A stretch of 63,940 bases of DNA, counting the filler, from Octopus bimaculoides (taxonomy: Eukaryota), in NCBI RefSeq assembly GCF_001194135.2. It is 9 parts of 6 records of this genome, joined end to end, with 100 filler letters (N's around TTAATTAATTAA, not from the genome) between each part and the next. Parts side by side here need not be neighbours in the genome. Positions count along the whole stretch, not along the records: positions 45,063 to 51,029 come from NC_068983.1; positions 51,130 to 56,828 come from NC_068991.1; positions 56,929 to 59,080 come from NC_069005.1; positions 59,181 to 62,077 come from NC_068999.1; 5 more parts are not named here. The stretch is one strand, 5' to 3'. Each line of letters opens with the position of its first letter. Position 1 is the first letter of the stretch. Positions 49,142 through 61,769 of the stretch are shown here, piece by piece. The position numbers were made by a program, and so were the translations under genes. Under the pieces are notes generated by a model. It was given only the letters and a program-made list of their open reading frames with translations. It was not told where the DNA came from and searched no databases.

Positions 49142-49755
49142 TGTATGTATGTATGTATGTAGATAGGTAGGTAGGTAGGTATGTATGTATGTATGTATGT
49201 ATGTATGTATGACAATAAGCATACAGTTAGGAGTCGGTGCGGTAACTGTACACAGATTTATCCATGAAGGCCTAAACACGCGCAAAATTTGTGCAAAGTT
49301 CCCAACGTGCTCAGTATCGAACAGAAGGAAATATGCGTTGCCGATAGCAGAAGGATGGTTGAGGATGATTGAGCTCATCATCTCTAATCCAAGAATACTT
49401 AAGTCTCTTGCGACATGTGATGAAAGCTGAATTTACTGTTATGTTTCAGAGACTAAGAAACCGAATGTCCTAATGGAAGCATCTAAGAAGGCCAGCCAAA
49501 AACACGTCAACCGCTAAGCTCTTGAAAATCCACTCTCCGACAGTAATGATATCATCTACATCTACTGGGTTCCCATTGGCTAGACAGTCAACAAAGCGCA
49601 CTTTGTGGAAATCTTGAGAGAGTTCAGAAAGAGATTCTTGGCAAAAGGCTGGAGCTCTTCCACTTGGGTCTGTGGCCCCTACACCAGGACAATGCACCAG
49701 TCCACAATTCCCTCCTGACAGCTAACTACTTGACAAAAATGGGTGCCAAAACTAT
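48990..49755 (+). pseudogene. Mariner transposase fragment interrupted by a (TATG/TAGG)n tract
   Basis: TVHRFIHEGLNTRKICAKF, ATCDES and LHQDNAPVH motifs; it runs into an N gap. Confidence 0.8.
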
Positions 49756-50362
49756 NNNNNNNNNNNNNNNNNNNNNNNNNNNNNNNNNNNNNNNNNNNNN
49801 NNNNNNNNNNNNNNNNNNNNNNNNNNNNNNNNNNNNNNNNNNNNNNNNNNNNNNNNNNNNNNNNNNNNNNNNNNNNNNNNNNNNNNNNNNNNNNNNNNNN
49901 NNNNNNNNNNNNNNNNNNNNNNNNNNNNNNNNNNNNNNNNNNNNNNNNNNNNNNNNNNNNNNNNNNNNNNNNNNNNNNNNNNNNNNNNNNNNNNNNNNNN
50001 NNNNNNNNNNNNNNNNNNNNNNNNNNNNNNNNNNNNNNNNNNNNNNNNNNNNNNNNNNNNNNNNNNNNNNNNNNNNNNNNNNNNNNNNNNNNNNNNNNNN
50101 NNNNNNNNNNNNNNNNNNNNNNNNNNNNNNNNNNNNNNNNNNNNNNNNNNNNNNNNNNNNNNNNNNNNNNNNNNNNNNNNNNNNNNNNNNNNNNNNNNNN
50201 NNNNNNNNNNNNNNNNNNNNNNNNNNNNNNNNNNNNNNNNNNNNNNNNNNNNNNNNNNNNNNNNNNNNNNNNNNNNNNNNNNNNNNNNNNNNNNNNNNNN
50301 NNNNNNNNNNNNNNNNNNNNNNNNNNNNNNNNNNNNNNNNNNNNNNNNNNNNNNNNNNNNNN

Positions 50363-50389
50363 TCTCTTTCCCTCTCCCTACCTCTCTCC

Positions 50390-50420
<31 letters not shown>

Positions 50421-50572
50421 CCCTCTCTCTTTCTCTTTCCCTCTCCCTACCTCTCTCCCTCTCTCTCTCTCTCTGTCTCTCTCCATACGCACACAAGTGC
50501 AGGTGTGTGTATTTATATATTTATATAATATATATGTAAATCACATACATATGTATGTATTCATATACGCAT

Positions 50573-50609
<37 letters not shown>

Positions 50610-50616
50610 GCATATA

Positions 50617-50650
<34 letters not shown>

Positions 50651-50989
50651 CATGCATACATACATACATACATATATATCAGTGCATACGTTTTAGTGCG
50701 TTTGTATGTATGTATATATATATATATATTTATATATGTGTGTGTGTATGTGTGTGTGTGTACATGTGTATGTGTGCTTATATACATCCACGAAACATAC
50801 TCACACACATACATAAACACACACATATTAATTTTAGATTAGCGCGGATGCATAAAGAAACCATTATAAACATGCGCACACGTGTGTGCATGTGTGTGTC
50901 TGTGTGCGTGTGCGTGTGTGCGTGTGAGTATGTGTGCGTGTGCGTGCGTGCGTGTGCGTATGTGTGCGTGCGCGTGCGTGTGTGTGTGT

Positions 50990-51029
<40 letters not shown>

Positions 51030-51030
51030 N
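50363..51030. repeat. Compound CT/TA/CATA/TG microsatellite block
   Basis: Direct tandem repeats. Confidence 0.95.
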
Positions 51031-51154
51031 NNNNNNNNNNNNNNNNNNNNNNNNNNNNNNNNNNNNNNNNNNNTTAATTAATTAANNNNNNNNNNNNNNN
51101 NNNNNNNNNNNNNNNNNNNNNNNNNNNNNATATTCATTCTCATCCCTAGCCACT

Positions 51155-51395
51155 GGTGGAGGCGCGTGGCCTAGTGGTTAGGGTGTCAGCACCATGATCA
51201 TAAAATTGTAGTTTTGATTCCTGGACCAGGTGACGTGTTGTGTTTTTGAGCAAAACACTTTATTTCACGTTGGTCCAGTTCACTCGGCTGGCAAAAATGA
51301 ATAACGCAGCGTTGGACTGGCATGCCGTCCAGCTGGGGAACACATGCCATTGAAACCGGGAAACCGGGCCCATGAGCCTGGCTATGCTTTAAAAG
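51155..51395 (+). mobile_element. SINE family B
   Basis: Matches 11933-12200. Confidence 0.85.
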
Positions 51396-51407
51396 GGCGC
51401 ATTTATT

Positions 51408-51510
51408 AGGGCCGCGAGCTGGCAGAATCGTTAGCACGCTGGAGATGAACTGCATAGCGGTATTTGTCCGTCTTTACGTTCTGAGTTCAAATTCCGCCGA
51501 AGTTGATTCT
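51408..51510 (+). mobile_element. SINE family C head
   Basis: GGCCGCGAGCTGGCAGAATCGTTAGCACG...GAGTTCAAATTCCGCCG. Confidence 0.8.
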
Positions 51511-51514
51511 ACAT

Positions 51515-53387
51515 CTCACGCAGATCGTACATAGACTGAATATTCGTTAAGGAAAGAGATAAGAACAGTCTTAGTTGTCCACAATTTTGTATTGTGCCTT
51601 ACATGGATCACAAGCTTGTGACATGTGAGGTACAAGTAGATAAGTGTCATAGACAGGGCCCCGGGTATTGGAAAATGAACAAGTCTATTTTGACGTGTGA
51701 AGCTTTTCGTACCCGGGTTAAGGAGTTAGTTCAGAGGGCGTTATGTGGAACCATCATTGATAATAGATGGTGGCTAGCCCTCAAGAGAGCCATCTGTCTT
51801 GAGTCCATTAGATTTAGCAAGCAGCTAAGTTTAGATAGGACTAGAATAGAGGGTGACTTAGTTAAGAACCTAGATGAGGTAATGGAATCTGGCTCCACAC
51901 CCGGAGTGTTGGTGGCGAGAAGGGTCCTGTACCGTCACCTAAATGCTAAACATGAAGGGTGCCGAGTTAGAGCTAAGGTACGCACCAGGAAACGAGAAGG
52001 TATTAACATAGCCAGATGGGCTCGTCATGTGGAGAGTCAGAAGTTCAAAAAGTCCTGACGGGCAGGGTCGCAAGATCTATGAAGAGGAGGAGATGCAAAA
52101 TGTTTTTCACCAGCATTTTGCGCGTTTGTTCGAGGAGAGTGGTACGCTTGAGCGCGGGGAGCCCTTCATGGACTTCCTAGCTGGCGGGCCTCGACTATCG
52201 GCGAATGAAGCTGGAGGCTGTGAAGGGCTGATCACTCCCGCAGAGCTAAGAGAGGTGCTGGCCGAGTGCACTGGGGAAAAGCCTCCGGGACTGGATGGTC
52301 TGCCCTATGAGTTTTACCGTTTAATGCCGGACTTGTTTGGGGATGTCCTGGCTAGCGTCTACGCAAACTGGCAGCAGAATGGGAGTATTCCCAGCTCTGT
52401 AAGCTGGGGAGTAGTGACGCTGGTCCAGAAAGACCCAAGGAAGGTAGATAGCATTAGTAACTATCAGCCCATAACTCTACTTAACGTAGAGTTAAAGATG
52501 TTGGCCAAGGTGCTAGCGTAAAGTTGACGGCTGTTGTGGAGAAGCTTGTTGGAAAGCACAGACTTGTGCAATCCCAGGTAGGTCGATCCAGGACAATCTC
52601 CACCTTATCCGCTACACCTTAGTTAGGGTAGGAAAAATAGCCGGTAAGGGAGGGGCATTGGTCCATTTAGACCAAAGTAAAGCGTTCGATAGGGTAGACC
52701 ACCAGTACCTGGGGGCTATCCTCGAGGCGGCTGGGCTAGGCCCTGGCTTTCGCAGGTGGATCTCTGCTATGTATAGCGGCATCAAGTCCATCGTCCAGAT
52801 AAACGGTTACCTAATGGAGCCGTTTTCGACCAAGCGGTCTGTTCATCAAGGGTGTCCCTTGTCTCCAATTCTGTATGCATTGGTCCTGGAGCCATTGCTG
52901 CGGAGGCTGGAGAAGTTAGGTGGCAACCCTAATGAGATCGGATGTGGTAAGTTCACTTCTGCGTATGCGGATGACGTCACCCTCATCGTATCTAACGAAG
53001 CACAACTACCTCGTGTAGAAGATGCTCTCCGAGGATACGAAGCAGTGGCAGGAGCAAAAGTTAACAAGGAAAAGTCCATCGGTTTGTGTCTTGGCACCTG
53101 GAGGAACAAGCCGATATCATCCAGTGTCGACGGACACTGGACAGATGGTCCTGTTAAGTTGCTTGGAGTTTGGCTTGGTTCAGACTCCCAGGCGGAGAAG
53201 AATTGGAGCCAGGTACTGAACAAGGCGGAGGCCATAGTACGCAAGTGGTCCAGAAGGTCTCTGTCTTTGAAGGGTAGAGCGGAGGTGGTACAAGTGTTTA
53301 TAGCATCAGTAATCACTTATCGCCTGTCCGTTGTGCCATGCCCCGATTCTTGGCTAAGCAAGCTGGAAAGACTCCTATTCCGCTTTT
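51515..53387 (+). mobile_element. L1/Tx1-clade LINE fragment (end of APE domain plus RT)
   Basis: DHKLV..GPGYWKMN, PGLDGLPYEFY, PITLLNVELKMLAK, DQSKAFDRVDH, QGCPLSPILY and AYADDVT motifs; contains frameshifts. Confidence 0.93.
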
Positions 53388-53488
53388 TNNNNNNNNNNNN
53401 NNNNNNNNNNNNNNNNNNNNNNNNNNNNNNNNNNNNNNNNNNNNNNNNNNNNNNNNNNNNNNNNNNNNNNNNNNNNNNNNNNNNNNNN

Positions 53489-53645
53489 ATCTCCTCCACT
53501 ATTTAAGTATTACGTGTCAAAAGTGAAATAAAAACACTTATGTCAAACACTTTCACTTTAAAAATGAAACTATTGCACTAACTGAAACAATCACATTTCG
53601 ATACTGTAATGACAGATACTTTCACTTTAATGGTTTCAGAGAGAG
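53489..53645 (+). mobile_element. Partial copy of the Helitron-like family
   Basis: Colinear with 55294-55455. Confidence 0.75.
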
Positions 53646-54744
53646 AAATGTATATGTATACATGTATACATATAGATTTATATGTATAGATATATATAGA
53701 GATATAGATCTATATGCATACATGTATATGTATACATATGTGTAGATGTATATATATAGATGTACATGTAATATGTACACATATATACACATATATACAT
53801 GCATACACATATCTATACATATATACACTCACACACACACGCATACACACAAACGCACACATTAGTCATTTGTTTTTTTATCCAAAAACTACGTAAAAAG
53901 TACTGAATGGATCTTTATGAAATTAGGAAATTATATTCTATGCATAACGGCCATAACCACCATGAAAATTCATATATTTTTGATGTTGATGAAATTTTAA
54001 CCATACAGATTACACACAAATAAAGTAATATTTCTAAAATTTCTTAGAAGTTACAAAGACCACTTCATGGGGACTTCACACCCACAATTTAGTCATTTTT
54101 CCTAAGCAAAGATGAATACAGTTGTACTATTGGAACCTATAGGGTCATCCGAACATAACAGATGAGCATTATTTGTAATTCAACGGTACAACAGTGTAAG
54201 ACTATCCTTTCAGATATACTTACATTGTGATTTCTGCAATGTGGTGTATAANNNNNNNNNNNNNNNNNNNNNNNNNNNNNNNNNNNNNNNNNNNNNNNNN
54301 NNNNNNNNNNNNNNNNNNNNNNNNNNNNNNNNNNNNNNNNNNNNNNNNNNNNNNNNNNNNNNNNNNNNNNNNNNNNNNNNNNNNNNNNNNNNNNNNNNNN
54401 NNNNNNNNNNNNNNNNNNNNNNNNNNNNNNNNNNNNNNNNNNNNNNNNNNNNNNNNNNNNNNNNNNNNNNNNNNNNNNNNNNNNNNNNNNNNNNNNNNNN
54501 NNNNNNNNNNNNNNNNNNNNNNNNNNNNNNNNNNNNNNNNNNNNNNNNNNNNNNNNNNNNNNNNNNNNNNNNNNNNNNNNNNNNNNNNNNNNNNNNNNNN
54601 NNNNNNNNNNNNNNNNNNNNNNNNNNNNNNNNNNNNNNNNNNNNNNNNNNNNNNNNNNNNNNNNNNNNNNNNNNNNNNNNNNNNNNNNNNNNNNNNNNNN
54701 ACACTTTCATTTCTCTTTACTCCAAACGTCACACGTTCTTATTT

Positions 54745-54900
54745 CAATTGGGTCATGCCCTTCCAATTGCTATACATCCGTAATGCATCTTACATCTGTG
54801 CCTGTCACCTGTATGGTGAGGAATTCTACATTGGGGAGTAGTAACGACTGCGCTAGGGTAGCTGACTGATTATCATGATCATTTGTCTTTTGGTTTCCTG
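54745..54900 (+). pseudogene. Degenerate GIY-YIG relic
   Basis: NASYICACHLYGEEFYIGE resembles the PLE NVIYxIxCxxC..YIGET motif. Confidence 0.35.
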
Positions 54901-55127
54901 TAGCTTTGCTCTCCTTTACAAACCCAGTGAACATACATATATTTCCTATTTCAAAGAAATTCAAACAATACATATTACACCCAAGTTAAAAACATTCCCA
55001 ACAATTCAACTTCTCTGGTTGATATTACCCCCCCCCCCAATAGGGGCCCTAACTCCCACATTTTTCAGGAACAAAATCCTTTTTACAGGGTTTATAACAC
55101 TGGAATTTTGGAATGTGCGCATAAATA

Positions 55128-55880
55128 TCAGATATATAAAGATGAGAATGTGTGTCTGTGTGAATCCCTAAAACTCGAGAACTACACAACCAGTTTCATT
55201 CAAATTTTACACATGCCTTACTTAGGGTCCTGGTTGTGTCTTAGTCAAACAAATTTTTAACTTCTTGCATAGTTCGAGCCCACAGCAACAAAATATCTCC
55301 TCCACTATTTAAGTATTACTTGTTAAAAGTGAAACAAAAACACTCATGTCAAATACTTTCACTTTAAAAATGAAACTTTTGCACTATTTCAGTATCAAAA
55401 CTGAAACAATCACATTTCGATACTGTTTTGATAGATACTTTCACTTTAATGGTTCCATTTTCATACTGAATCTACTACAGTGAAACTATACTCTCACATA
55501 TATACAGGCATACTATAAGACCCAAGTTAAAAACATTCCCAACAATTCAACTTCTCTGGTTGACATTAACACACCCACCCCCAATAGGGGCCTTCATTCT
55601 CACATTTTAGAGCTCCATGAGCTCCATTTTTCAGGAGCAAAATCCTTTTTACAGGTTCCAGAAGACTGAAATTTTGGAATATGTGCATAAAGATTAATAG
55701 TATGGGATACATGTCTCATGATTAGAATTTTTTTAGGGTGTGTAAAGAGCGAAAGAACCCTCATGTGCAATTTTGATGAAATTAGAATCATATGTATTCC
55801 AGTTCCTTACACAAAATATAAGAGAAAAGTCTCATCCTTCATTTACATGTAACACAGGCAACACCGGATATCTCTGCTAG
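55128..55880 (+). mobile_element. Non-autonomous Helitron-like element
   Basis: A|TC 5' end followed by ATATATAAAG..GTGTGTCTGTGTG. The 3' end is a decayed GGCAACACCGG hairpin followed by CTAG|T, with no TSD. Confidence 0.6.
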
Positions 55881-55881
55881 T

Positions 55882-56782
55882 CTTCTATAAATCCACAGAT
55901 TCAAAACAATACCTATTATTCACCTATACCACCTGAAACACATAAAAATTAATATACCTTATAATCTAGCGAAATGAATCTGTACCATAGTTTCAGACAC
56001 CAATACTTGTGAACGAAGACTCCTTGAACTCAGATCAATACTAATCAAAAGACATTACCCAATATCATTAATAAAATGATGGCATGAAACAAGCAAAGGA
56101 AATAGATATATGAACATTAAGGGAAGTCAACCGAAATACTACACCAGGCTTAAAAATATTCCCATATATCTCCACACATAACCCTAGAAACAATGAAGCC
56201 TTCAAAATAATCATTAAAAATCTTCCCATCCTCACAGGAGATAAAATAATGAACAAAATTTTATGCTCACACAAAATTATCAAAAGCAAAATGCAACCTA
56301 AATCATTGAAAAAATATTAACCAGTGCAAGACTATATCCATTAACAACGGAACCCACCTTTTGGAGGGTTCAGAGTTTCACTTTAAACAAGGTGAAATAC
56401 TTAAGATTAAATCAAATTTCACCTGTGCCTCGGAAAACCTAATCTATGCCATTACCTGCTTAGGGTGCAGTAATCAGTATATTGGCCAAACAGGAANNNN
56501 NNNNNNGCCATTACCTGCTTAGGGTGCAGTAATCAGTATATTGGCCAAACAGGAATATCACTCCGTCGAAGAACCACTCTCCACAAAGAACAAATCCGCC
56601 ACCCCCAATACAGACAGATACAGGTTAGTGAACACATAGAAAGGTGTGCTGGGAACCTTAATCCTAATTTCCTAATTTTCCCCTTCTATCAATGTTCACA
56701 GAACACCTCAGTACAGCAAAAAATGAATAAAGAGGCAACTTTCATCAGTAAATATCTTCCACAATTCAATATGAACACATAA
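55882..56782 (+). mobile_element. Penelope-like element (Neptune-like) RT thumb and GIY-YIG remnant
   Basis: FYKSTDSKQYL, NIPYNLA..ICTIVSD, FTCASENLIYAITCLGCSNQYIGQTG..LRRRTTLHKEQI..EATFISKYLPQFN*. Confidence 0.85.
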
Positions 56783-56934
56783 CATAATACAGAACACTAC
56801 TAACCCTTCAATTAATACCACTAACCCCNNNNNNNNNNNNNNNNNNNNNNNNNNNNNNNNNNNNNNNNNNNNTTAATTAATTAANNNNNNNNNNNNNNNN
56901 NNNNNNNNNNNNNNNNNNNNNNNNNNNNATATAT

Positions 56935-57125
56935 ATAATGGACATTTTTTTAAGTTTCCATCTACTAAATCCACTCATATGGCTTTGGTTAGCCCAAGGC
57001 TATAGAAGACACTTTATTTATATTCAGCTGACTTGCTCATGTTGCCACGTAGTGATACTGAACCCGGAGCCATGTGATTGGAAAACAAGCTTACCACAGA
57101 GCCATGTCTGTGCCTTCACACAACC
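56935..57125 (-). mobile_element. SINE family A head
   Basis: Reverse-complement match to 10874-11035. Confidence 0.7.
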
Positions 57126-57329
57126 ACGCCTATAATGTATTGTATTCTTCATTCAAACTGTCACTATTTCATTAAAATGTGTTCATTTTTTTTTTTGCTT
57201 CCTTCTTTTCTCGTCCTTCCAACTTTATAAATCTCTCACGCTTGATGTCTCTCCTTGTATCGATCCCATCATTCGTCGTCTTGGTAGAAAATGAAAGATC
57301 TCATTGCTACTACAAATTCTTAATGACAA

Positions 57330-57765
57330 TGACTTGGCGACCCGGACAAAATGCTTAGCGCAATATCTTCAATATTTATATTCTGACTTCAAATATCTTC
57401 GTAGGTCGACTTAGACTTGCATTAACTTCGGAATCCATAAAGTACGTATCAGTCGAGCCCTGGATTACAATATAATCGACGTGCCCCGCCCCTTAAAACT
57501 CCTGACTCTGCGCCGAAATAAGAAAGAGCTGTTATTATAATTCCTAAAGAGGAGGAGATGGCAAAATCGTTAGCACGCCGAACAGAATTCTTAGCGGCAT
57601 TCCATCCACATTTACGTTCAGAGTTCAAATTCCGCCGAGGTCAACTTTACTTTTCATCATTTGGGGGTCGATGAAATAAGTACCAGTCAAGTACTGGGGT
57701 CGATGTAACTGACTTATACCCTCCACTAGAATTGCTGGCCTTGTGTCAAAATTAAAAATCTTTAT
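57330..57765 (+). mobile_element. Two tandem SINE family C copies (57330-57520, 57552-57765)
   Basis: Shared head and body motifs with 11288-11510. Confidence 0.75.
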
Positions 57766-57819
57766 TATTTTATAACTCTTTTTGTTGATATTGTTCGCAT
57801 CATTGTGAACGCTACAAGC

Positions 57820-58180
57820 GATATTGTCCATGTTGATGGTGTTGGTAATGTTGCTGCCGCTTTTGTTATGCTGCTTCCGTAGTTTTTGCTTTTGCAGCCA
57901 CTGCTGCTGCTGTTGTTTCGCGTTTGTTGTTGCTGTTGTTGTTTTTGCTGCAGTTGTTATTGTATTTGATAATATTGTTGTTACTGCTGTTGTAGCTAAG
58001 ACTGATTTTCATGATCTTGCTGCTACAGTTGTTGTTACTCTTTCTTCGTCGTTGTAGTAGTAGCTTTTGTTGTTGTTGTTGTTGCTATTGTTATTACGGT
58101 TGCTGTTGTTGTTTTGTTGTTGTTGTTTTGTTGTTGTTATTTTTGTTGCTGTTATTGATGCTATTGTGCATATTGTTGTT
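57820..58180. repeat. (GTT/GCT)n cryptic trinucleotide repeat
   Basis: Direct tandem repeats. Confidence 0.9.
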
Positions 58181-58847
58181 AATATAGCCCATTGTAAGTT
58201 GCCCTCTCCAACATCTAACAGCTAACACTTGCACAGACATGGCGGCAACACGCGCAACGAAGCATGAAATCCATTATTAAAGCACAAGGTGTTAGGTCAC
58301 GTGTGACAGAAGAATATATTTTCTGTCACGTGCATATTTGTTTCTATATACGTCTGAATGTCTGATTGTATCTAAGTCCCAGCGCAAACGTTTGTATGCG
58401 TGTGTGTATGTGCGTTTTTTGCAAATTTCAGAAACGTATGCGCATGTGTGAATCTTAAAGTGTGCATGATTGAATATTATGTGTTCCGAGTGAAAAATAC
58501 ATACACAAATAAGTTTGTGTCTTTCTTTAAGCGAGTGTGTATGTACCTATATTTAGGTATGCATGTGTACGTGTCGGAAATGAATATACAACCTTAAATG
58601 CATATATGTGTATGTTGGTATATGAGTGTAATTGACTTCGTGTGTATGTGTGCGTGTGAAGATGTGCATCCATGAGCGTCTGTAGTTGTTACACATGCTC
58701 ATATGACCTTTAGTATGTGTATATATGTGTATGTAGAAGTGCGTATGTGTGTGTATAAAAATATGTCTACATTTATGTGTGTGAGGCTGAAATGCTTACA
58801 GATATTTTAACAATGACATTTAAAGCATATATACATATACGTATTAA

Positions 58848-59040
58848 CCCTTTAGCATTGAAACCAGCCAAATCCGGCCAAATTGCTAAATCTGGCCCCT
58901 CACACCTATCCTACAATATCATTCTAAAAATAAACAATCACATCACCAAACACTTGAAGCTACTAAATAATTCATGATTAATTCAAACAATGGGAATCAA
59001 TAAGCATTGCATTTGATAGAGTGATCTGAATGTTAGAGGG
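58848..59040. mobile_element. piggyBac-like MITE
   Basis: TTAA|CCCTTTAGCATT ... AATGTTAGAGGG inverted termini; the right TSD is degenerate. Confidence 0.6.
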
Positions 59041-59043
59041 TTT

Positions 59044-59080
<37 letters not shown>

Positions 59081-59502
59081 NNNNNNNNNNNNNNNNNNNN
59101 NNNNNNNNNNNNNNNNNNNNNNNNTTAATTAATTAANNNNNNNNNNNNNNNNNNNNNNNNNNNNNNNNNNNNNNNNNNNNATATATATATATATAAATAT
59201 ATATATATGTATGTATATAAGTTTATAACTTTATGTATTTAGAACACTTTATCATAAAACGCTGAAGCCCTCTTTAAAGAGCAATCAAAATTCTTCATCG
59301 GGATGACAACATCGCGAAAGCTTCTCGGTTTATAAGAATAAACAACGAGCTGTCATCATTTTAAGAAGGACTGGTTAGTGGACGACAGACCCTCACTCCT
59401 CATATAAGGTGTCACTGAAACTCTTGTTAGTTAACAACACTCGTCTTTAAGTAGATTGACGTATCTCTTTAACCAAGGCTAATCTCATAAGACGTTGATA
59501 TA

Positions 59503-60336
59503 GGAGGTGTGATCAAAAGGTTCTATAGCGAGCCAACAGATGGCAGCACACGTTTGCGTGCGCAGTGAGAGCTAGCAGGGACGTTTATAAGTCAGTGTGC
59601 CGTGTGATATCGCTGTGTTTACTCCGAAAGTCGTGAAATTTGCGTTTTTGTGACCACGTGTGTGCAGTAGTGTGCGATTGTCATGGACAAGAACAGAAAG
59701 CCATCGTGAAATTTTGTGTGAAGCTCAATGTCTGCTACAAAGACATTGATCGTGCTTCGGCAAGCTTACGGTGACAAGACAATAGGTCGTACGCAATGTT
59801 TCAAGTGATACGAGCGCTTTAAAAGCGATAGAACTTCCCTGGAAGACCATGAGCGATCTGGATGACCTGCTACGAGCGTCACCCCCCGGAACTATGGTAT
59901 TCTGCTTGGAGAATTCGTCCCCCAGGGATGTTTCTAAGCGTTTGAGGGAGAACATTTGGCGAAAGTGACCGGATCTCTGGAGCATGAATAATTGGATTCT
60001 TCTCGACAACAATGCCCTCTGTCACTGACCTCTCCTCGATCGTGAGTTTCTTGCCAAAAACAACATAGTATCGATTTCGCACCCGCCCTATTACGGTCTT
60101 CCATCTCTTCCTGAAGATGAAAACACCGTTGTTGAGATCCAGAGCGAATTGCAGAAGGTTCTCGACTCGCTTACGGAAAACGACTTCCAAACCAGACTCT
60201 AAAAGTGGTAGGAAAGCTGGGATCAGCGTATTGCTGCGCAAGATGGCTATTTCGAAGGATATGATGTTACAACCTAGGTAAATAAGTTATTTTTTATTAA
60301 ACATATCTCGTCCGGGAACTATTTGATACCACTTCG
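59503..60336 (+). mobile_element. Internally deleted mariner element (834 bp)
   Basis: TA flanks and degenerate TIRs (GGAGGTGTGATCAAAAGGTTC / CGAAGTGGTATCAAATAGTTC). An N-terminal piece (IVKFCVKL) is joined to a C-terminal one (WILLDNNA..HPPY..GYFEG). Confidence 0.8.
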
Positions 60337-60471
60337 TAGATTGTACGTCATTTTTTGACCCCCAAACAGCTGTATCACCGGTTCCAAACCGGTGTCCATT
60401 TGACACTTGGAAATCCCTGTAAGATTTTCTTAAAAGTCATGTGCGATAGATTGGTTTCACTTCTACAACAG

Positions 60472-60635
60472 TCGCTAGCGTGGTTGTGTGGGAAGAAGCT
60501 TGTTTTCTAACCACATGATTCCAAGTTCAATCCCACTGCATGGTACCTTGGGCAAGTGTTTTCTATTATAGTTTCGAGCCGACCAAATCCTTGTGAGTGG
60601 ATTTGGTAGACAGAAACTGAACGAAGCCCGTCTCG
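60472..60635 (+). mobile_element. SINE family A head
   Basis: Matches 10874-11035. Confidence 0.8.
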
Positions 60636-60636
60636 C

Positions 60637-60667
<31 letters not shown>

Positions 60668-61686
60668 CACACACATGTACGTTCAAANNNNNNNNNNNNN
60701 NNNNNNNNNNNNNNNNNNNNNNNNNNNNNNNNNNNNNNNNNNNNNNNNNNNNNNNNNNNNNNNNNNNNNNNNNNNNNNNNNNNNNNNNNNNNNNNNNNNN
60801 NNNNNNNNNNNNNNNNNNNNNNNNNNNNNNNNNNNNNNNNNNNNNNNNNNNNNNNNNNNNNNNNNNNNNNNNNNNNNNNNNNNNNNNNNNNNNNNNNNNN
60901 NNNNNNNNNNNNNNNNNNNNNNNNNNNNNNNNNNNNNNNNNNNNNNNNNNNNNNNNNNNNNNNNNNNNNNNNNNNNNNNNNNNNNNNNNNNNNNNNNNNN
61001 NNNNNNNNNNNNNNNNNNNNNNNNNNNGTAAAGATATATATATGTGTGTGCGTGAATGTAATCTTTTAATTACTTAGTTATTCTCTTTGGTAAATGAGAG
61101 AATCGTCTCATTAGGACACAATTTTGTCTCGTTAGTTTAAAAAATAAAACACAGTATCTTATCACTACGTATTAATTAAGAAAAAAAAAAGAAAAATTCC
61201 TTTTAATTACCGTTCGTATATATGTAATTGCTATTTCAAAGAAGTCGTTATCGTACATATTTGATTAGTAGAGAAATAAGACAAGGAGAAAGAATGAGAT
61301 CAATGTGAAGTTTGGGGCTTGTATTCTTGCGGTTGCAACTATTTAACCAGAAGCTAACCATGACCATCTCGCTTATTTCTTGGTGCAAATTTGGATACCT
61401 CCACGTGCGTATTGGTGTGCATGCGATCTGCATCCATGCTTGCGTACAATTTGTGAATTTGTCTATCTGCATGTGCTTGTTTGCTTGTTTGTGCGTGTGT
61501 GCGCATGCGTATGTGCCTGTGTGTTTGTTTGTGCGTTTCTGAATATTGCTTGCCCGCGTTTGAGCATATACCTGTACGTCCACACCTGCGTGTTAGCGTA
61601 ACCGTATTTGCTTCTATGTATGCACAGGCGAGAATTTTGTTAGTCTGTTTTCTTCCATGTTTTTCATTTGTCATCTTCTGTGTATG

Positions 61687-61717
<31 letters not shown>

Positions 61718-61733
61718 GTATGCGTCTATTCGA

Positions 61734-61769
<36 letters not shown>

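Noticed and set aside
56448-56555. Exact 49-bp direct repeat in the GIY-YIG region
   Set aside because: Same 10-N gap overlap artefact.
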